From Adineta vaga (lineage: Eukaryota; Animalia; Rotifera): a stretch of DNA of 64,000 nt. Below are positions 33,303 through 48,216 of the stretch, in pieces. Every line of letters begins with the position of its first letter. Position 1 is the first letter of the stretch. The stretch covers positions 10,912,001 through 10,976,000 of the forward strand of contig CP075494.1 of the NCBI GenBank assembly GCA_021613535.1, written 5' to 3'. The position numbers were made by a program, and so were the translations under genes. The notes below the pieces were generated by a model. The model saw only the letters and a program-made list of their open reading frames with translations, made no database searches and had not been told where the DNA came from.

Positions 33303-36300
33303 ATGTCTAAGTTGTGTCTACTGCTGATCTTTTTCATCATTCATGGTTGTTTGGCTTCATTATACCATTATGTCAAAATGCCAAAGACTGATGCAGTCGG
33401 TCACGATATTGCTTATTTTGAATGTGGTGAAGGTAAATAAAAACTTCGTTACGCTTCATTTAATTCGAAAACAAGAATTATGTATTGATTTTAAGGTTAT
33501 ACAAAAGAATGTGATATTGAAGATTTAGCTGCGCATTGTAATGCTAATCCATTATGTCAAGGATTTAATACAAATGGTTTATTGAAATCATGTACTTCTG
33601 GTTGTGATGCTGGTTGTTGTTATGATGTAACAGATAATGTCGATTTATATATTCGTAAAGGATATTTACCACCTGAAGATTGGCAAAATGATGTGAATAA
33701 TGGAAAAATTCTCTTCGCAAATCCTGAACCACATTTTTGTTTCTTACCAGAAATTGGTAATGGTTATATTGCTACTGTAGCAATGTCAACTGCTTTGTTT
33801 CAAAGTGGATTATTCAATGGGAAAGTAAATGAAAAAGATAATTGATAAATGTTTTTCTAGGTTGAAATACCAATGTATATTCTAGTGTGGAAATATTGGA
33901 AAAGCAAGAGTACCATCACCTATTGGAGGATCGATTACAACTGGAGAATTAATTGCAAGTGGTCTTCATATGGACAAAGCAATATTTGCACGTCGATATC
34001 AAATCAACCATGCAATTGTAGAACATCGAGTTTTTATCAGTCGAAATGTAAGAAAAAAACGGAGAGATTCGAAAGGATAGGAATTAACCTCTTGAGATAT
34101 TGCTTCTGTAAATATTGTGTGTGAAAACCTTTTCATCGACAAATAATTGTCTTTCCTTGTTTTAGTTGAAAGGTGTTATGATTCTTGAATTTTCTCTAAT
34201 TTCCTCAACAGCAGAAACTGTTACGTTCACATTTTCTTCGACATTCGATCCACTTGATCAAACGCATAATCCTGAAACAGCTTGTACAGGTGGTGGTGGT
34301 GTTGAGATTGATATTAAATTTACATTCAATTCAAATCTATCTACTTCATCAATGCATGTATATGAAGGTGTTCTTCTAAGTAAAGATGATTACAATCGAG
34401 ATGTTTACGTTACTGTTTGTACTCAACAACCAAATGAAACTTTAATTATTTCTTCATCGTCATCTTTAAGATTTATTTCTACACTTGCTAGTAGTATTGA
34501 TTTTGGAGTTGATTCTATCGAGCAGAAAACTGTTACATTAGAAGCAATCAATCGTTTTGATGAAGCACTTACTAAACGAAACGATATATTCAATGAACAT
34601 GTTCAAGCATGGGAAAATCTATGGAAATCTGGTATTGATATTGAACCTATTGAAACAGAACCATTCATATCACCGAAAATATTCCTCGATACGAATAAAG
34701 ATGAAGAAAATGATACAATTATTACAATATTTTCTCGAGCACTTGATATTGCTCAACATGTGAATGTTTCTTTGTATTATTTACTTTCCAGTACAAGAGA
34801 GGATTGGCCGTAAGTATTCGTTCATATCAAGAAGAGATGTTATGATTACTCTTCTCTCAGATATGGAATTAGTCCAGGTGGATTAGCTTCACAATCATAT
34901 TCTGGTGTGATATTTATGGATATGGATTGGTAAAAATACATTCTAGTTTATTTTTTCTATGAGAGAATCTATACATTTCATTAAGGTATATGATGCCTGC
35001 ACTTTTACCATTCTATCCATCGATTGCTGCCAATATCATTCGTTATCGATATAATAGCTTAGAAGAATCTCGTAAAATTGCACAGACTTTCGGTTATAAA
35101 GGATCGATGTTTGCTTGGACTGCGTACGTATTGTTTTTACCTATTTATATAATAATTGATCGTCGCTTTCTTTTTTAGATCATATTTTGGTCGACCACAA
35201 GTAAGTTAACTGTTAACAATTGTCAGATTTTATTTCGATGTCTACGAATGATTGATTGTAGGGTTGTTGTGATGGAAAAGGTGGTTGGGAACTTTGTATT
35301 GAACAGCATGTGACGGGCGATGTTTCAGTTGCTGTACAAATGTATTATTATGCAACACGTGATCGTATTTGGTTAGAAAATATTGGTTGGCCACTTCTTC
35401 GTGATGTAGCTGATTTTTGGTCCAGTCGAACAAATAAAACGAACAAGGAAATCTATTCAATTAATGGTATAATGCCTGTTGATGAATGGTGTGATAATAC
35501 AGAATCAAAATGTGGTGATATTGGTGTAAATAATGCCATACAAACAAATGCAGTAGCTGTCGTCTCATTACTTTATGCAACCGAAGTTGGAAATATGTTG
35601 GGATTTGATGTTGATCCAGAATGGGCTATAACTGCACAGAAATTGAAGATTAATTTCAATTCTACAACTCAAACACATATTCAATGGGATAATGGTAATT
35701 CTATTTTGAATAAATTTAAGAATTTCTTACCCTATCATTCTAGCTAAATTTCCACCATCATCACCACATTCGTATGTATGTCCAGAAGGTAAATTGATAT
35801 CTCTATTCTATTTCTTATAATTGTAATGTTCTACTGTTAATAAGATGTTTTATTCTTGACTTATCCACTTAATTTCAATGTTACTCCGGAAATAATACGT
35901 AACGATGCTGAAACATACATTCCTGTAACATGTCAAGAAAATGCTGGTATGACAGGTCCTATTCATGCTATTGTATGGCTTATGTTAAATGAACCATTGA
36001 AAGCAGAAGGTGAATTCAATCGATCTTTACAAGCATGTACCTACGCAGAATTTCATGTTCGAAATGAGGTCTGTTTATTTTCATTGTTTGAATCCGAAGA
36101 ATATAGATTGATTTGAAAATTTTCAATAGGTTGATATTCATCCAGATATTATTGGTGGACATGGATTCAAGTAAGATTCGTTTTTTCTTTTCAATAGAGT
36201 GTATCGTGAACAGAATTATTACAGAAGTGTTGTTTAATTTTAGTACTCATTTCCTTACGGGTGATGGTGGATTTGTGCAATCAGTTATGATGGGTTATGC

Positions 36301-36583
36301 TGGTCTTCGTTTTGATAGCAAAGGTCTCTTATTTAATCCTTTACCTGGTGTTTTAACACCATCAACAAAAGTTATTCGTTTACGAAATCTTCTTGTTCAT
36401 GGAACCTATCCATTTGATTATATTCTTGATCAATCGTCCATGTCTTTTATGACGTCAAGCATTTATACAAATCAACTTTGTATTAGTGATAATCTTCATA
36501 GTCAATGGAAAATGACTAGTGAACCGTTGAAACTAAATTTTGCTGATATTCATTTGCCAATTCGTGTCGATTTATGTGTTTAA
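33303..36583 (+). CDS. Secreted glycoside hydrolase family 65 (PGGHG/acid trehalase-like), multi-exon
   Basis: Signal peptide; GISPGGL..SY.G.IF.D.DW, H.TGD, GIMPVDEW, FLTGDGGF. Confidence 0.8.
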
Positions 36584-36767
36584 AACAAAATATTTTTATT
36601 TGAAAAACAAAAATAACACAGTGATTAAAAATGCTTTGTAGTTAGTCGTTTCTTCTTGAAATTTATAAAAAAAATAATTACTCGGTTACAAATCAATAAA
36701 TAGAAAAAAAACAAATAAAAAATTGGACAAATATTTGATTGTGAAATTGTTCATTGTTCGAAATTAT

Positions 36768-38975
36768 TTAATCAATTCTTGGTTGTTTACCCATACATCG
36801 AGCAATACTTGGTAAAACTTCACCTTGAATAGGACCTAGAATGAAAATATTCAATCAATCTTTTCATTTATATGAATTTCATTTGAATTTACCATAAGGA
36901 ACCTTTTCACCATCGATCATTATATTTCCACTTGTTTCGGTTGGTACTATTCGAAAGGCTCGTATAGGCATCCATTCAACAAAATCATAATCGAAATGTT
37001 TTCCATCGGACAAACTAGTCAATGTTTTTGCTAGATTTATTCGTGATGCATCACGAGTACGAACAAATTGTAATGTAAGATATCCATCGGCTAATGTTGA
37101 TTGAGGAGTAGATATAGTATCTTTTGATAGAGCAGATTTTGATGTTATAAGAACGTAAGCAAATGGACCATCGATACGTCGCCATTTACTTGTCGATGGA
37201 TCAATAGGAATCGGTTCATTCAATGGTAAAAGATGACGATGAAGTTGAGAAGTTGTTGTATTTGCAGTGATCTGATTACTTTGAACAGTATCATCAGTAA
37301 CATCATATGGAAGATATTCAATACAACCATTGTAAATACGAGGTCCTAAAATAAATCAAATTTTTAGAAAAGATGCTTTTGAGCCGTTTGCTTTTTGCAC
37401 ATTGGATTGGAGACGAAGAACAAGAAGGAGAACACGAATTACTAATTAGGCATAAGAAGTGATTTTTTTGCACGAAATATCATATGTAGGTTACATCTAT
37501 TAACCTTGAACGATTATCTTATCAATAAAAGTGTACAATGTAAACGCTTCTATCTAATAAAGAAAGATAAAGATTAGAAATAGTTAAATATTTACTCATA
37601 TCTACGAAGGTTATTTCACTACAAGATTATATAATGACCTTCGAAACATAAATAAGATTAATTTCACTTACGAAGAATACGTTTGACGGCTTCAACAGTA
37701 AATCGAGTTCCACCTAAATAATAAAGACAAATTATGATTTTATTTATTATTATTCTTTCTAACCAAGAAAACGATATTTTTCACTATCACAATCAACATC
37801 AGCTATAATAGCCCATTCAACACTAAGGAAAGAAAATACACGTTGTCCATCACAGATATCAATAACAGCCATATCAAATGGAATCACTTGATGTGTCGCT
37901 ATAAGTATAGCAGATTGTATAACGAATTGTTCCGCACTATTTGCAATCGCTTGTCTATCAATATCGTATTGACTATGTTTATTATATAGACTAGAATAAA
38001 CTTGCTTACTTGCTATAACGAATAATACTAGTAGTAAATGCATTACCAGAACCACATGGTAAATGACCAATAGGTAATTTCAAAGCTTCTTGCCAATCGT
38101 TTCTGCTCATTAGACCATTGATCACCTTTTGAAAATAGATTTTTTGAAAAAATCATTCAAATCGAACATTCTCAAATAATATGTAGATTATTTACTTCAT
38201 AAACAAGTCCATCGCCGGATGCCACAACAATACCGCTCCATTCATTTAAATCCAATGATTGTACATAATCTCGAGCATGTCCAGCATATTCTTAATTATC
38301 AAAAGAGAAAACATCAGTGATAAATCTCTATCTTCAAACTAGTTATTCTAACCTGTAACAACTATTTGATAGTTAAATTGTGCTTCATTCCAAACACCAA
38401 CAACATATTCCATAACCGTACGATAAGCATTACCAGCACCGCCAGCTGGATTAACAAAAACTAATGCACGTTTATCTCGTTTAGTTGTTACAATATCAAC
38501 TAAATTCAAAGAAAATCAATCATTTATTTTCTTCAAAACATATCTTACTCGGAAGATTACGTCGTAAATAAATTGCTTGTGTTACATGTTCATACCATCT
38601 TACAACTTCAGCATGATTTGCATCATAATTATCATATTTTGCATATGCAAAGATATGTTCTGATCGATGTAATGTACGTTTGGATGAGAACATTCCACTG
38701 AGGCCATGTGGTGGTCTTAAGATATAAGCATAAAATGTTAAATAACATTTATTGGTATTTTCAGCAGATTTCATACATAAACATCCATAGATATCATCGA
38801 TTGGAATTAGTCGTGTATTATCTATTGTTGATGTTCTATTATCATTTTCACTCGGTATTGTTGTGATGGAAAGACGTATTGGTGAAAGTTTGAGTAGATA
38901 TCTTTTTTTAGTTGAATGGCCATGGAGAAAAAACGTATCTTCAAGATTAATTAGATTTGATTGATCTTGTGTCAT
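36768..38975 (-). CDS. SPHK: Sphingosine kinase, multi-exon
   Basis: VFVNPAGGAG, ASGDGLVYEVING, LPCGSGNA, WAIIADVDCDSEKYRFLG, IDGEKVPYGPIQ. Confidence 0.9.
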
Positions 38976-39189
38976 TTAATATCTCTGTTCTTTTTTGTTC
39001 TAAAACAATAATGATCTTTATTTGATTTGAATAAATTTTAATAGGAGGATGTTTGTTAGGATTTATTCAAATGAAAAATCACGGCATTTACACAACGAAA
39101 ATACGCACAGTACAAATAAGCAAAAATAGAAATTCTTTTCTTTTTTTTTGAATGTATGGATCATAGTTTATGTTGAAATCGAATAGTTC

Positions 39190-40689
39190 TTATTCTACCA
39201 TACGTTGAAGTTCAGTTGTATAAACATTAACACTTTCTGCATCGTAGAGAACGAAGAAAACTTGTTGAAGTTTTGTTGTTGCATTTTGACGAAAAAATTT
39301 CGATAAAGCAGCAAGAATTGTTTGGGCGGCAGTTTGTTTTGGAAATCCAGCACTAGATGATAATCGAAGATCTTATCTCTAAAAGTGAGTAACAAAGAAA
39401 ATTCACATACTTTCCACTACTGATACTCGGTATGGCAACCGATGTAAGATTTTGTTCTTCAGCAAGATTAAGAATATTTAATGTAGCTTTATCAAGATCA
39501 GCAATACATTCTGCTTGACTTCCAGCATTCCATGTTGGTGAATTAACATGAATTAAATATGTTGCAGACAGATTAGGTGCATCTGTCATTGTCACTAAAT
39601 GATAAATGGCGTACATATTAAAACAAAGAAAAAGAAATGTATAGTTTAATAGTACCATCACTGATATTGGCCAATGATTTTGTTTTTGCTGCTTCAGATA
39701 AAGCTTCTCGTAATTCTTTTCCTCCAGCTGTTGCTAATGCATGACCTAAGTTTCAGAATATAACAGAGAAATTCAGATGATAGAAAACATCAGATTAATG
39801 CTAACCAACTTCACCGCCCAAATTCAATGAACTACTAGTTGGATGAACAATGGCATCAGCGGTAATATTAATAATATTTCCTTGAACAACAGTCAACTAA
39901 AGTGCATAGATATGAATTTAAAAAGTCAATCTACTATCAGTCATAGAACATGCCTTTTGTCCTCGATTAAGAACACGTTCGGAGAGTGTTGTTATCGCAG
40001 TACCTTTGAGTGCAACTGCCTAGAATATAACATATGCTACTTGTGTTACCGTTGATAGAAAATATCACCTTTGATTTTGGTGCACTAAAAACAGTAAAAC
40101 TTCCCAAACCACCTTTAGTTAAAGCTGGTTTAGCTCCAGCACGTTTTGGAGCTTTTGCTTTTTTTGTTGTCTTGGCTTCTGCAGAAGTTTGTGACGCAAA
40201 TGATGATTGTTTTGAACTGAGACCAGTTTTTCCTGGAGCATTCAACGAAAGGATGGACGGAACGACACCACCTTGAGGAATGACACAACCACGAAGTAAC
40301 TACAAATGTGAAGATATATATCATTATTCTTCTCTCCATCATTCTATTTTACTTTAGCAAGTTCTTCATCGGTTGCTACAGCAAGTAAAACATGTCGTGG
40401 AATGATTCGTGTACGACGATTATCTCGTGCAGCATTTCCACTTAATTCAAGTAATTCAGCTATTGATCAAAATCATGTAATTGTTGTTTTATTCATTGAT
40501 AACTGAGTTAATAGACTTACCAACAAGGTATTCAGCAACGGCTGCTAAATAAACAGCTGCACCTTTTGTTACACGATTTGTCGTCGATGGAGCCGATTTT
40601 AAGTAACGATGCATACGTGCCACTGGGAAAATGATTCCCGCACGAGATGAACGTGATACACGAGCTTTTTTTGTCGTTTTTGATACCAT
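39190..40689 (-). CDS. macroH2A: Core histone macroH2A (H2A fold, basic linker, macro domain), multi-exon
   Basis: [62 protein letters not shown]. Confidence 0.92.
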
Positions 40690-41777
40690 TTTTAAAGTCA
40701 AATGAAAATGTTAAATTCTATATAAAAATTTCTCGAGAAAAAAACGTGTTTTTCTTCCTTTTCGCTATACAACGAAGCAACAAAATGAAACGCATTTTTG
40801 TTGCGGTTTTTAATGGCTGTCAACAAGTATTGCTCAACCTTGATGCAAGTTTTTTTAAAATCAAATATACTCTAATTTCATCCGTACTGTAGTTCAGCGA
40901 ATCAGATAAATGCCACGATTGACATGTGGAGGTCACTAGTAACTGGGTTTCTCTTTTTCTATTTTCAATGAAATATATATATTCTTATAAGAGGAACAAT
41001 AGATTGATAATGATCTATTATTCATATCTAATTCTTATCAAGAAATAAAACGCAAGGTTAACTCTTCATTTCTATAGAGTAAAGATAAATGAGTAAAGAG
41101 ACGAACAAATAATCTTTGCCTTTTTTTTTAAATATCATTGTTAACTGTTCAATAGCGAGAACACGAAAAAGAAAACGAAGATATAATAACAAAGAAGAAG
41201 TTAATAACTGGACAAATGAATATATAATTTAAGCTCTAGTTTGAACCATACATACACACATTTCAGTCATAAAGCACATCACAGCATGAAGAATGAAGAA
41301 TATCAACGAACCAAAACAAAAGCAAAGAAAGAAAGAAAGAAAGAAAAGAGAAAAATCACAAAAGCACCTGTTTTCAATATGAAACGAAGGGTTGAAATAC
41401 GCAGAAAGAACAGAACTTAGAAGATATATTCATAATCTAAACAAATCTATTCGTCTGCGTACGATCTTACATGCATATACATATAAATAGGAAACGAAAA
41501 TAAATGAAAGACATATTTCTAGTTCTCTTTCGTTACGTCATTTACAACGAATTTTAGTAATTTATATACAGGTTCTCTAGAAAAGTCTATGTGGGCGTGT
41601 GTGTTTTTCGAAGAAAAGAAAATGCATTAAACCGATCGTATTGTTGTCGTCTGTATGTGCATGTGGAAATGAAACTAAAATTAGAAACATAAAAAAGTGT
41701 TTTTTATTTCATTGAATTATTTGTTCCAAAAGTTAAACAAAATCGTTCTACTTACTCTATATTTATAATTAATGATT

Positions 41778-43925
41778 CTAATTCAGTCGTTTTCGTTTAT
41801 TTGCTTTTCGACCGGCTGATTTCTTCGAAGGTCTTTTCATTGATTCTAGAATGAAAATCGATGTTCTTAATCATTCAAAATATTTCTTTCGCATACCAGT
41901 ATTTTCTTGTTCCGATTGTTTGGGTGGTTCAAGTTTATAGCCTACAAGTTCACACCAACCAATGGGATAAATATTTGTTGATTGACAATCAATCCATTGT
42001 TCAAATTCATCACCCCATCCATCAAAACGAACACGAATTAAATTATCAGCTACATTTGCTATCGTTGCTACACATACTAAATGAGGAGCCATCATATCAA
42101 CAGCTTCGATTTTCATTCCAATAGAGAATGGATTCGTTGTTTTATCCTATTCGATGAAGAAAAGGTTAGAAATTGAAAATATTTTCAAGTACTTTAACAA
42201 TTTGAAAAAGTTCTCTGGGAACAGACATTGAATTTGTTTCGATTAGATATTTTTCCCATTCAAATTCACCTTGATAACCTAAGAGAAAAAGAAGATAAAT
42301 GTAAAAAGAATAAGGAAACTTGTGGAGAATATTACCAATTGGTGGTGCCAAAGGAATATTATTCATTTTACAAAAATTAATCGGAAAGATAAGACGTGAA
42401 CTAGAATGATAACAAAACCAATCGGAACCATCTTCAGTACTTGATCCGTCAACTGATAACATAAAATAACCATTTTTTAAAACCTACAAAACAGCAGAAT
42501 TTAAAATAGAAAAGAAAACAATATCTCGGACAGTTTGAAAACAACATTTCTTACCTTTCCAACTGTTGCTGGACAAATACGAGACATTTCTAATGGATCA
42601 ACTGCTTCTAATTTTTGACCTTCTTTAAATACTTCATCTTCTGATTTTATCACTGGAACCTAAAATATTCAGATTTATCTCGCTGTAATTTTGTCTACAA
42701 TTCTATCTCTTCATACTTGACGAAAAAGATCTGGTGGTGCGATATTTGCTGGATATGAATTTGTTTCACTGATTTTTGCTGCTTCACTTTTATATTCATC
42801 GGTTGCATCGAGTTCATGTCCAGTCGCATGACACCAACCAACTGGATGTATCAATTCCGATGTATGATGAACCCAAAAATGTTCACCAGCATCCTATCAT
42901 ACATATCGAATATTATCTCAATTCTTCTGAAATATTCATCTTACATTTTCATAATTAATTCGTAAACGACCACCAATCTGTAAGACAAAACAAGATGTAT
43001 AAACAAACAAACAAAAACAATATGGATATACATACGACGTCAGATATTTTTCCAACTCGCATATGTGATACTTGAAATTTGTTAATTACTTCTACGAGCA
43101 TATTCTTCTTAAATGAACAACGAAGTGAGGATTGAATCTAAGAAATGAAAGTTATGCATCATATTCAAATTATCAAATGTTGTTGTTTTACTTTTTGACG
43201 AAAAGTATCTGGTAAGGTTTTTGCACCGACTAATTTATTAACAAGAAATGATTTCCAATCTGTTTGTCGATGTTCAATGCCTGGATAAACGAAAAAATAA
43301 CTCTCATTAATGACACAAAATTTTCTCGAAAACAAACTTCTTGGTGGTGCTAATTTGACTCCATGTTGTCCACACCAACCGACACAATGAACATCTTTAT
43401 TACATAAATTACACCAAAAATCCATAGAAGAATCATCATCACAACCTTCGTAACGTAATAAGGCTAAATAACCTTCGAGACGAACGATATATGCAAACCA
43501 AAATATTTTTTCTTTTGGATCATTAGAATTATAAGAACAATCGGTATTGATAACTTCCACTTTCATACCAGGTGATAACTGTCCCCACATTTCTTGTAAT
43601 GGCGCCTAGGTAATTAAGCAAATGATATATGTAATCAACAAGAAGAAAAACGAATGCTTACATGTCGAAAATAACTAACCGGTGCACCACGTGCACCAGT
43701 TGTTTTCAAATAATTACCCCATAAAAATGAAGCAATAGCGTCAGCTAGAAAATAAATATAGGACGATGAATTCGATTTTTAAAGAAAAAAACCTGACGCA
43801 GTTGGAATTGATATAATAGTTGCTCCATTTGTACGTGATATTTGTTGTGATGTATGGTTAGTATTATGATTATTTGAAGTTAGTGATGGTAAAACGGATC
43901 CTGTTTCATCAGGAGTTGTTGCCAT
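41778..43925 (-). CDS. MBT-repeat chromatin protein (MBTD1/L3MBTL2-like), multi-exon
   Basis: Four MBT repeats (GMKVEV, HPVGW, GQKLEAVDP, GMKIEAVD...YPIGWCE). Confidence 0.88.
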
Positions 43926-44770
43926 TGATGATCAATATTATTAGATGAATGATTTATGGAAATTTATAATGATTCAATAGTAAAGAATAGTTTTTTGCGA
44001 AACTCTTCAACCCGCCGAAAAATAAAAATTAAATTAAATATATTGGAATTTATATGATTAGATGACTCATCCGACCATTGAAAAATAGATTCTTTTTCAT
44101 TAATTAAAAGCTTAAATCAAACCATTCAAAATTTATTGATATTCTCTTTCTAAACGATTTTTCTATGACGAGTATCATCATCACTTTTAATAAATTATTT
44201 AAATCCATTTAAAATATATGACTTATTGACAACTGCTGACATCTATCGAATATCATACCCGGTAAACTATATGTTTACCAGAAGATTCAAATATCTTTTT
44301 CTTGCTTTTAACATGATCAACGGTAACATTTTATCATTTAGTTCAATTCAATAATCTCATTCTGTTCATCTCAAAAAATACGTGCTCAATGGATCTTTTA
44401 TAAAAATAGATGCATTTTGCTGATAATCAATGATACATGTCTGGTGATTAACAGAAAATTTCTTTGCTATCAAAATTTTCTCCCATACTTTTCCTTCATG
44501 ATCACATGGATAAACACTTGTTTCAAGTCACTTTTTGTCGTCATCTATAAGTGAATCGAAAGAAACCGTTAAGTGATATCCACCGTATAAGTGGTCAGTA
44601 CTCAAGAAAGTATAGACAGAACAGTTAGAAAAATATAGACACCAACTCATTCATATTGTCGAGAGATGATGAGAAGAGAACGAATCGATCAGTTGAGTGG
44701 CATGCACGCATCCGCTTTTTGATCATCATGGGCGGGCAGCAACTTGTTGTTGAAAAACAAAACAACAAAG

Positions 44771-45607
44771 TCAACTTGATGTTTCTTTTAAACGTTCAAA
44801 TGTATTCTTGATAGCAATCATAAATGAACGTGTACGAATAGGAATATTTTCATCACTCGCTGAAGAAATTGAAGAATTTGATGAACTAATCGAAATTGAC
44901 GATAGAAAATCTCGTTGTTGAATCAATTCATCTTGTTGTAAAGTTAATATTGGTGTAATTATTTGATGACATGCGTGATCTTGATATGCATTATCATAGG
45001 AATATTTACGTTTTAACGTTGCACTAGCTGTTGATTCTTCTATCGATGATAATATTGGTGAAAGAATATTATTTACAGTAATTTCTTCAGGATATGATAT
45101 ATGTTGTTGAGTGTCGATAACTAAAATAATAGTAGTGAAGAGATCGATTGTATTCAACTGAAGATCAAATTCCGTTGTAGATATACCTTTATATTCATCT
45201 GACCTTGTGTTTGATCGATGAATTTCGATCATAGATTGTATTTTATGTCGAATATGTATTATTTGAAACAAATTTATAATTCTTTCAACATCATTTTCGC
45301 TTTGAATATTTAAATGTCGATGAATCTGTTCGAATAAACGAACTTTCATTTGTTCATTATTATTTGTACATAGATCAGATAAATCAATAAAATCTTCGAT
45401 ATCAATCTTTGTCATTAAATTCTTTGTATATAAAAGAAGAAATTGTAAAATATCAAATCGAACATAATTTTTCCAAGAAAATAATTTGATAATATTTCGT
45501 ATATCTAACCACGTAAGATTATAATTAGATAATTTATTTCGAAGTGTCTGCAATAATTGCAAACGTTGTTTATCATCTGACATTCGAGCAAGTATCGTTA
45601 AAAGCAT
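44771..45607 (-). CDS. Hypothetical protein (helical N-terminal part, Ser-rich tail)
   Basis: 278-codon ORF in very AT-rich DNA; no family recognised. Confidence 0.55.
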   Translation of the reverse strand: MLLTILARMSDDKQRLQLLQTLRNKLSNYNLTWLDIRNIIKLFSWKNYVRFDILQFLLLYTKNLMTKIDIEDFIDLSDLCTNNNEQMKVRLFEQIHRHLNIQSENDVERIINLFQIIHIRHKIQSMIEIHRSNTRSDEYKGISTTEFDLQLNTIDLFTTIILVIDTQQHISYPEEITVNNILSPILSSIEESTASATLKRKYSYDNAYQDHACHQIITPILTLQQDELIQQRDFLSSISISSSNSSISSASDENIPIRTRSFMIAIKNTFERLKETSS

Positions 45608-47561
45608 CGAATAAATTTGTTTTTAGTTGATGAAAATGAAAAATATTATTTACGCGCATAACAATCCTATTCATGGTTCAATTGTTATTATTAGTTTTTT
45701 GATCGATACCAATCAATCAAATTGATTGTATGTTAAAATATTTTAATTTGCATTTATTGTCATCATAATGTGACGAATGCGCAAAGGCGCATGAGACTGT
45801 TTGATGAACAGCAATATTTTTTAATGAACTGCTCATTAGAATTTTTCTATGCACAGCAAGTGAATATCTTTCATCTTTTGTTTTTCTTGTATTATATTTC
45901 AAAATAGATACATAAACAGGTTATCAATATACGTATGCCTTGTTGTCGATGGAGACGGACGAGATTTGTTCTGCTAGTTTTTAAGAAAGAAAAAGCAACG
46001 AGGTGCCTTTGGGCATTTACTCATCACAGAAGCGTATTGACTTGACAAGCGAACGTTACTCTTTTTCTTTTCTTATTTGAAGCGGAAAATAACTATGATG
46101 CACACCGCTCTAGTAGTTGTGACATAATCACAGCTTGATTTGATTTTCAATCGTCTTTATAATACACGTGTCGAAATTGTTACGTTTCTTTCTTTTTCTT
46201 CTACTTTTTTTTACAATGTTTAGACTAGACATTAATAGATGTGTCCCAAACCGAAGAAATTATTACATCAGAACTATTATAGATGATCAATTGAAAATAT
46301 ATTCATCATCATCATCATAATGATGATGAGTGACTGCTCGTGGCATATTGTCAACATACCTGTAAATGGACGTATCAATTACACCATCATCATCTGAGTG
46401 GGTGGAGAGAGAGCTTGTGAAAAGCACATCTGTTTCGAGAATGTCAATAGCGTTAGCAACAATAATAACAAGTCGAGTGTCAAAAAAACGATGTTCGATA
46501 GTTGACAGACGTTCTTATCAAATATTGCAGCATAGTAGCTCACACTATGTAATCTTTCGAACATTCAAAGAGATAATTTCGATCTAAAAACGACATAATT
46601 TGATCTGCATGTTTCTGTCTTGACATTTATCGATTTGATCATCATCATGATTATCATTAACTAAATTTGAGATTTTGTTTGAGTTTTATTTGACCAAATG
46701 CTTATCTTGTATGATCAGTATACTTTTAAGATTCGAAGAATAAATTCATATGTTTGATCGTTCTCTGTTTACTGAGCCTCGGGGATTGAGCTGTACTGTA
46801 TACCGATCAAACAAACTCGGCAACACCGTCTATTCTAATAAGGGGTCTATAATGTGCGAAATGATGCTGCTGTTCTTACACGCTTCAACGACGATCATAG
46901 AACGAAAGAGATTTGTTTTCCATTTCATTCTATAGCCAATAGCGATATTTTCCGGTCGGTGTAAAGAAAAAAATCGAACAGTGCACCAATCAATCAATAG
47001 AGAAAAAGAAAGAAAGAGAGAGAAATAGAGAAAAGAAAACAAATATATTCTATCGTTGCTCTTTAAATATAATCAATTAAACATTTTCAACAAGCATAAA
47101 CGCACAGTATCGAAGCAAGTTGAATACTCATCAAACGTAAGTTAAAAATATTTCAATATAAAGAAAAAGACTTTCTAGTTAAATGATCGGCTTTAATTTT
47201 GTCATTTTAATCAACTATGCTTGTTCTCCGCATGAGATGTGTTGATGGACGAGACCTCCTAGGTAGTTTTGTCAACTGACAATGACAAGTACAGTACATC
47301 ATCACCTGTCGCCATGTGATGCGCGTTTTGCCGAACTGTTTGAAGATAAAGTCCTACTGTGCGATTCCGTTTTTTCTCCTTCTTATTCTTCTTTTTCTGC
47401 TAGTCTCATCTTTCTCTTCTCTGTAATCATAATAATAGACATCGTATTACTGAAAACTATCGATATGTAATCAAACTAACGGATCAAAGCAAAAGAATCT
47501 CAATTTTCTTTTTACTTTTTTCTTTTAGATAACTCATATATTCATCTTAATAATATCAATC

Positions 47562-48077
47562 ATGTCCAATGATCGTCGACGAATACGTCAAATCAAATAT
47601 CATATCAATCAATTGGTATCCGAATGGAATATGATTGAACCAGCTAATAATATTCCACGATTAAATATTTCTATTGATTCACAATTAACAAACATATCTC
47701 ATGAAGAAAATTCTTGTCCACTGTTATTATATAAATCTAAAGTAGCAATATTACATTCAACAACTAATAGTGAATATCGAAAGAAATCACATAAATTTTG
47801 CTTTACTCTATCAGCACAAGCAACAAGTACACCGAAAAGTTCTCCACAACAGAAACGTCTTCTACTCAAGCCACATCAAACATCCACACCAAGACGTAGT
47901 ATACGTCATTCAACTGCATTAACAACACAACCAAATAACATGATTCCACTCAAACGTCTTCTCTATAATAAAAAAGATTATGATCAACATAAACGACGAC
48001 ATTCAGCTGTTCCTTTTTCTAAACGATCCATTCTTCCGCGTTTACAACCCATTGATGAAAATCCACAATGGATTTGA
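47562..48077 (+). CDS. Hypothetical basic low-complexity protein
   Basis: 171-codon ORF preceded by a TTTTAG acceptor; repeated TSTP motif. Confidence 0.55.
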   Translation: MSNDRRRIRQIKYHINQLVSEWNMIEPANNIPRLNISIDSQLTNISHEENSCPLLLYKSKVAILHSTTNSEYRKKSHKFCFTLSAQATSTPKSSPQQKRLLLKPHQTSTPRRSIRHSTALTTQPNNMIPLKRLLYNKKDYDQHKRRHSAVPFSKRSILPRLQPIDENPQWI

Positions 48078-48216
48078 AATAACTTGTTCTTTTGTTTTTC
48101 TCTGTACAGTATAATCTATTTTTTTTCGCTTATAGAATAAACTGAATTAAGAAATAGTTATGCATTTAGTTAAAAGATCTCGAAAAACTGTTATCTGACT
48201 TAAAGATCACATAACT

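Noticed and set aside
37350-37670. Possible alternative exon in the unusually long SPHK intron
   Set aside because: I could not find a frame-preserving exon with convincing splice sites and similarity
41325-41347. (GAAA)n tract; also the (CAA)n poly-Q at ~56631-56655
   Set aside because: Ordinary short microsatellites
45700-47480. Several 60-73 aa ORFs on both strands
   Set aside because: No recognisable motifs or consistent exon chain; likely UTR or intergenic sequence
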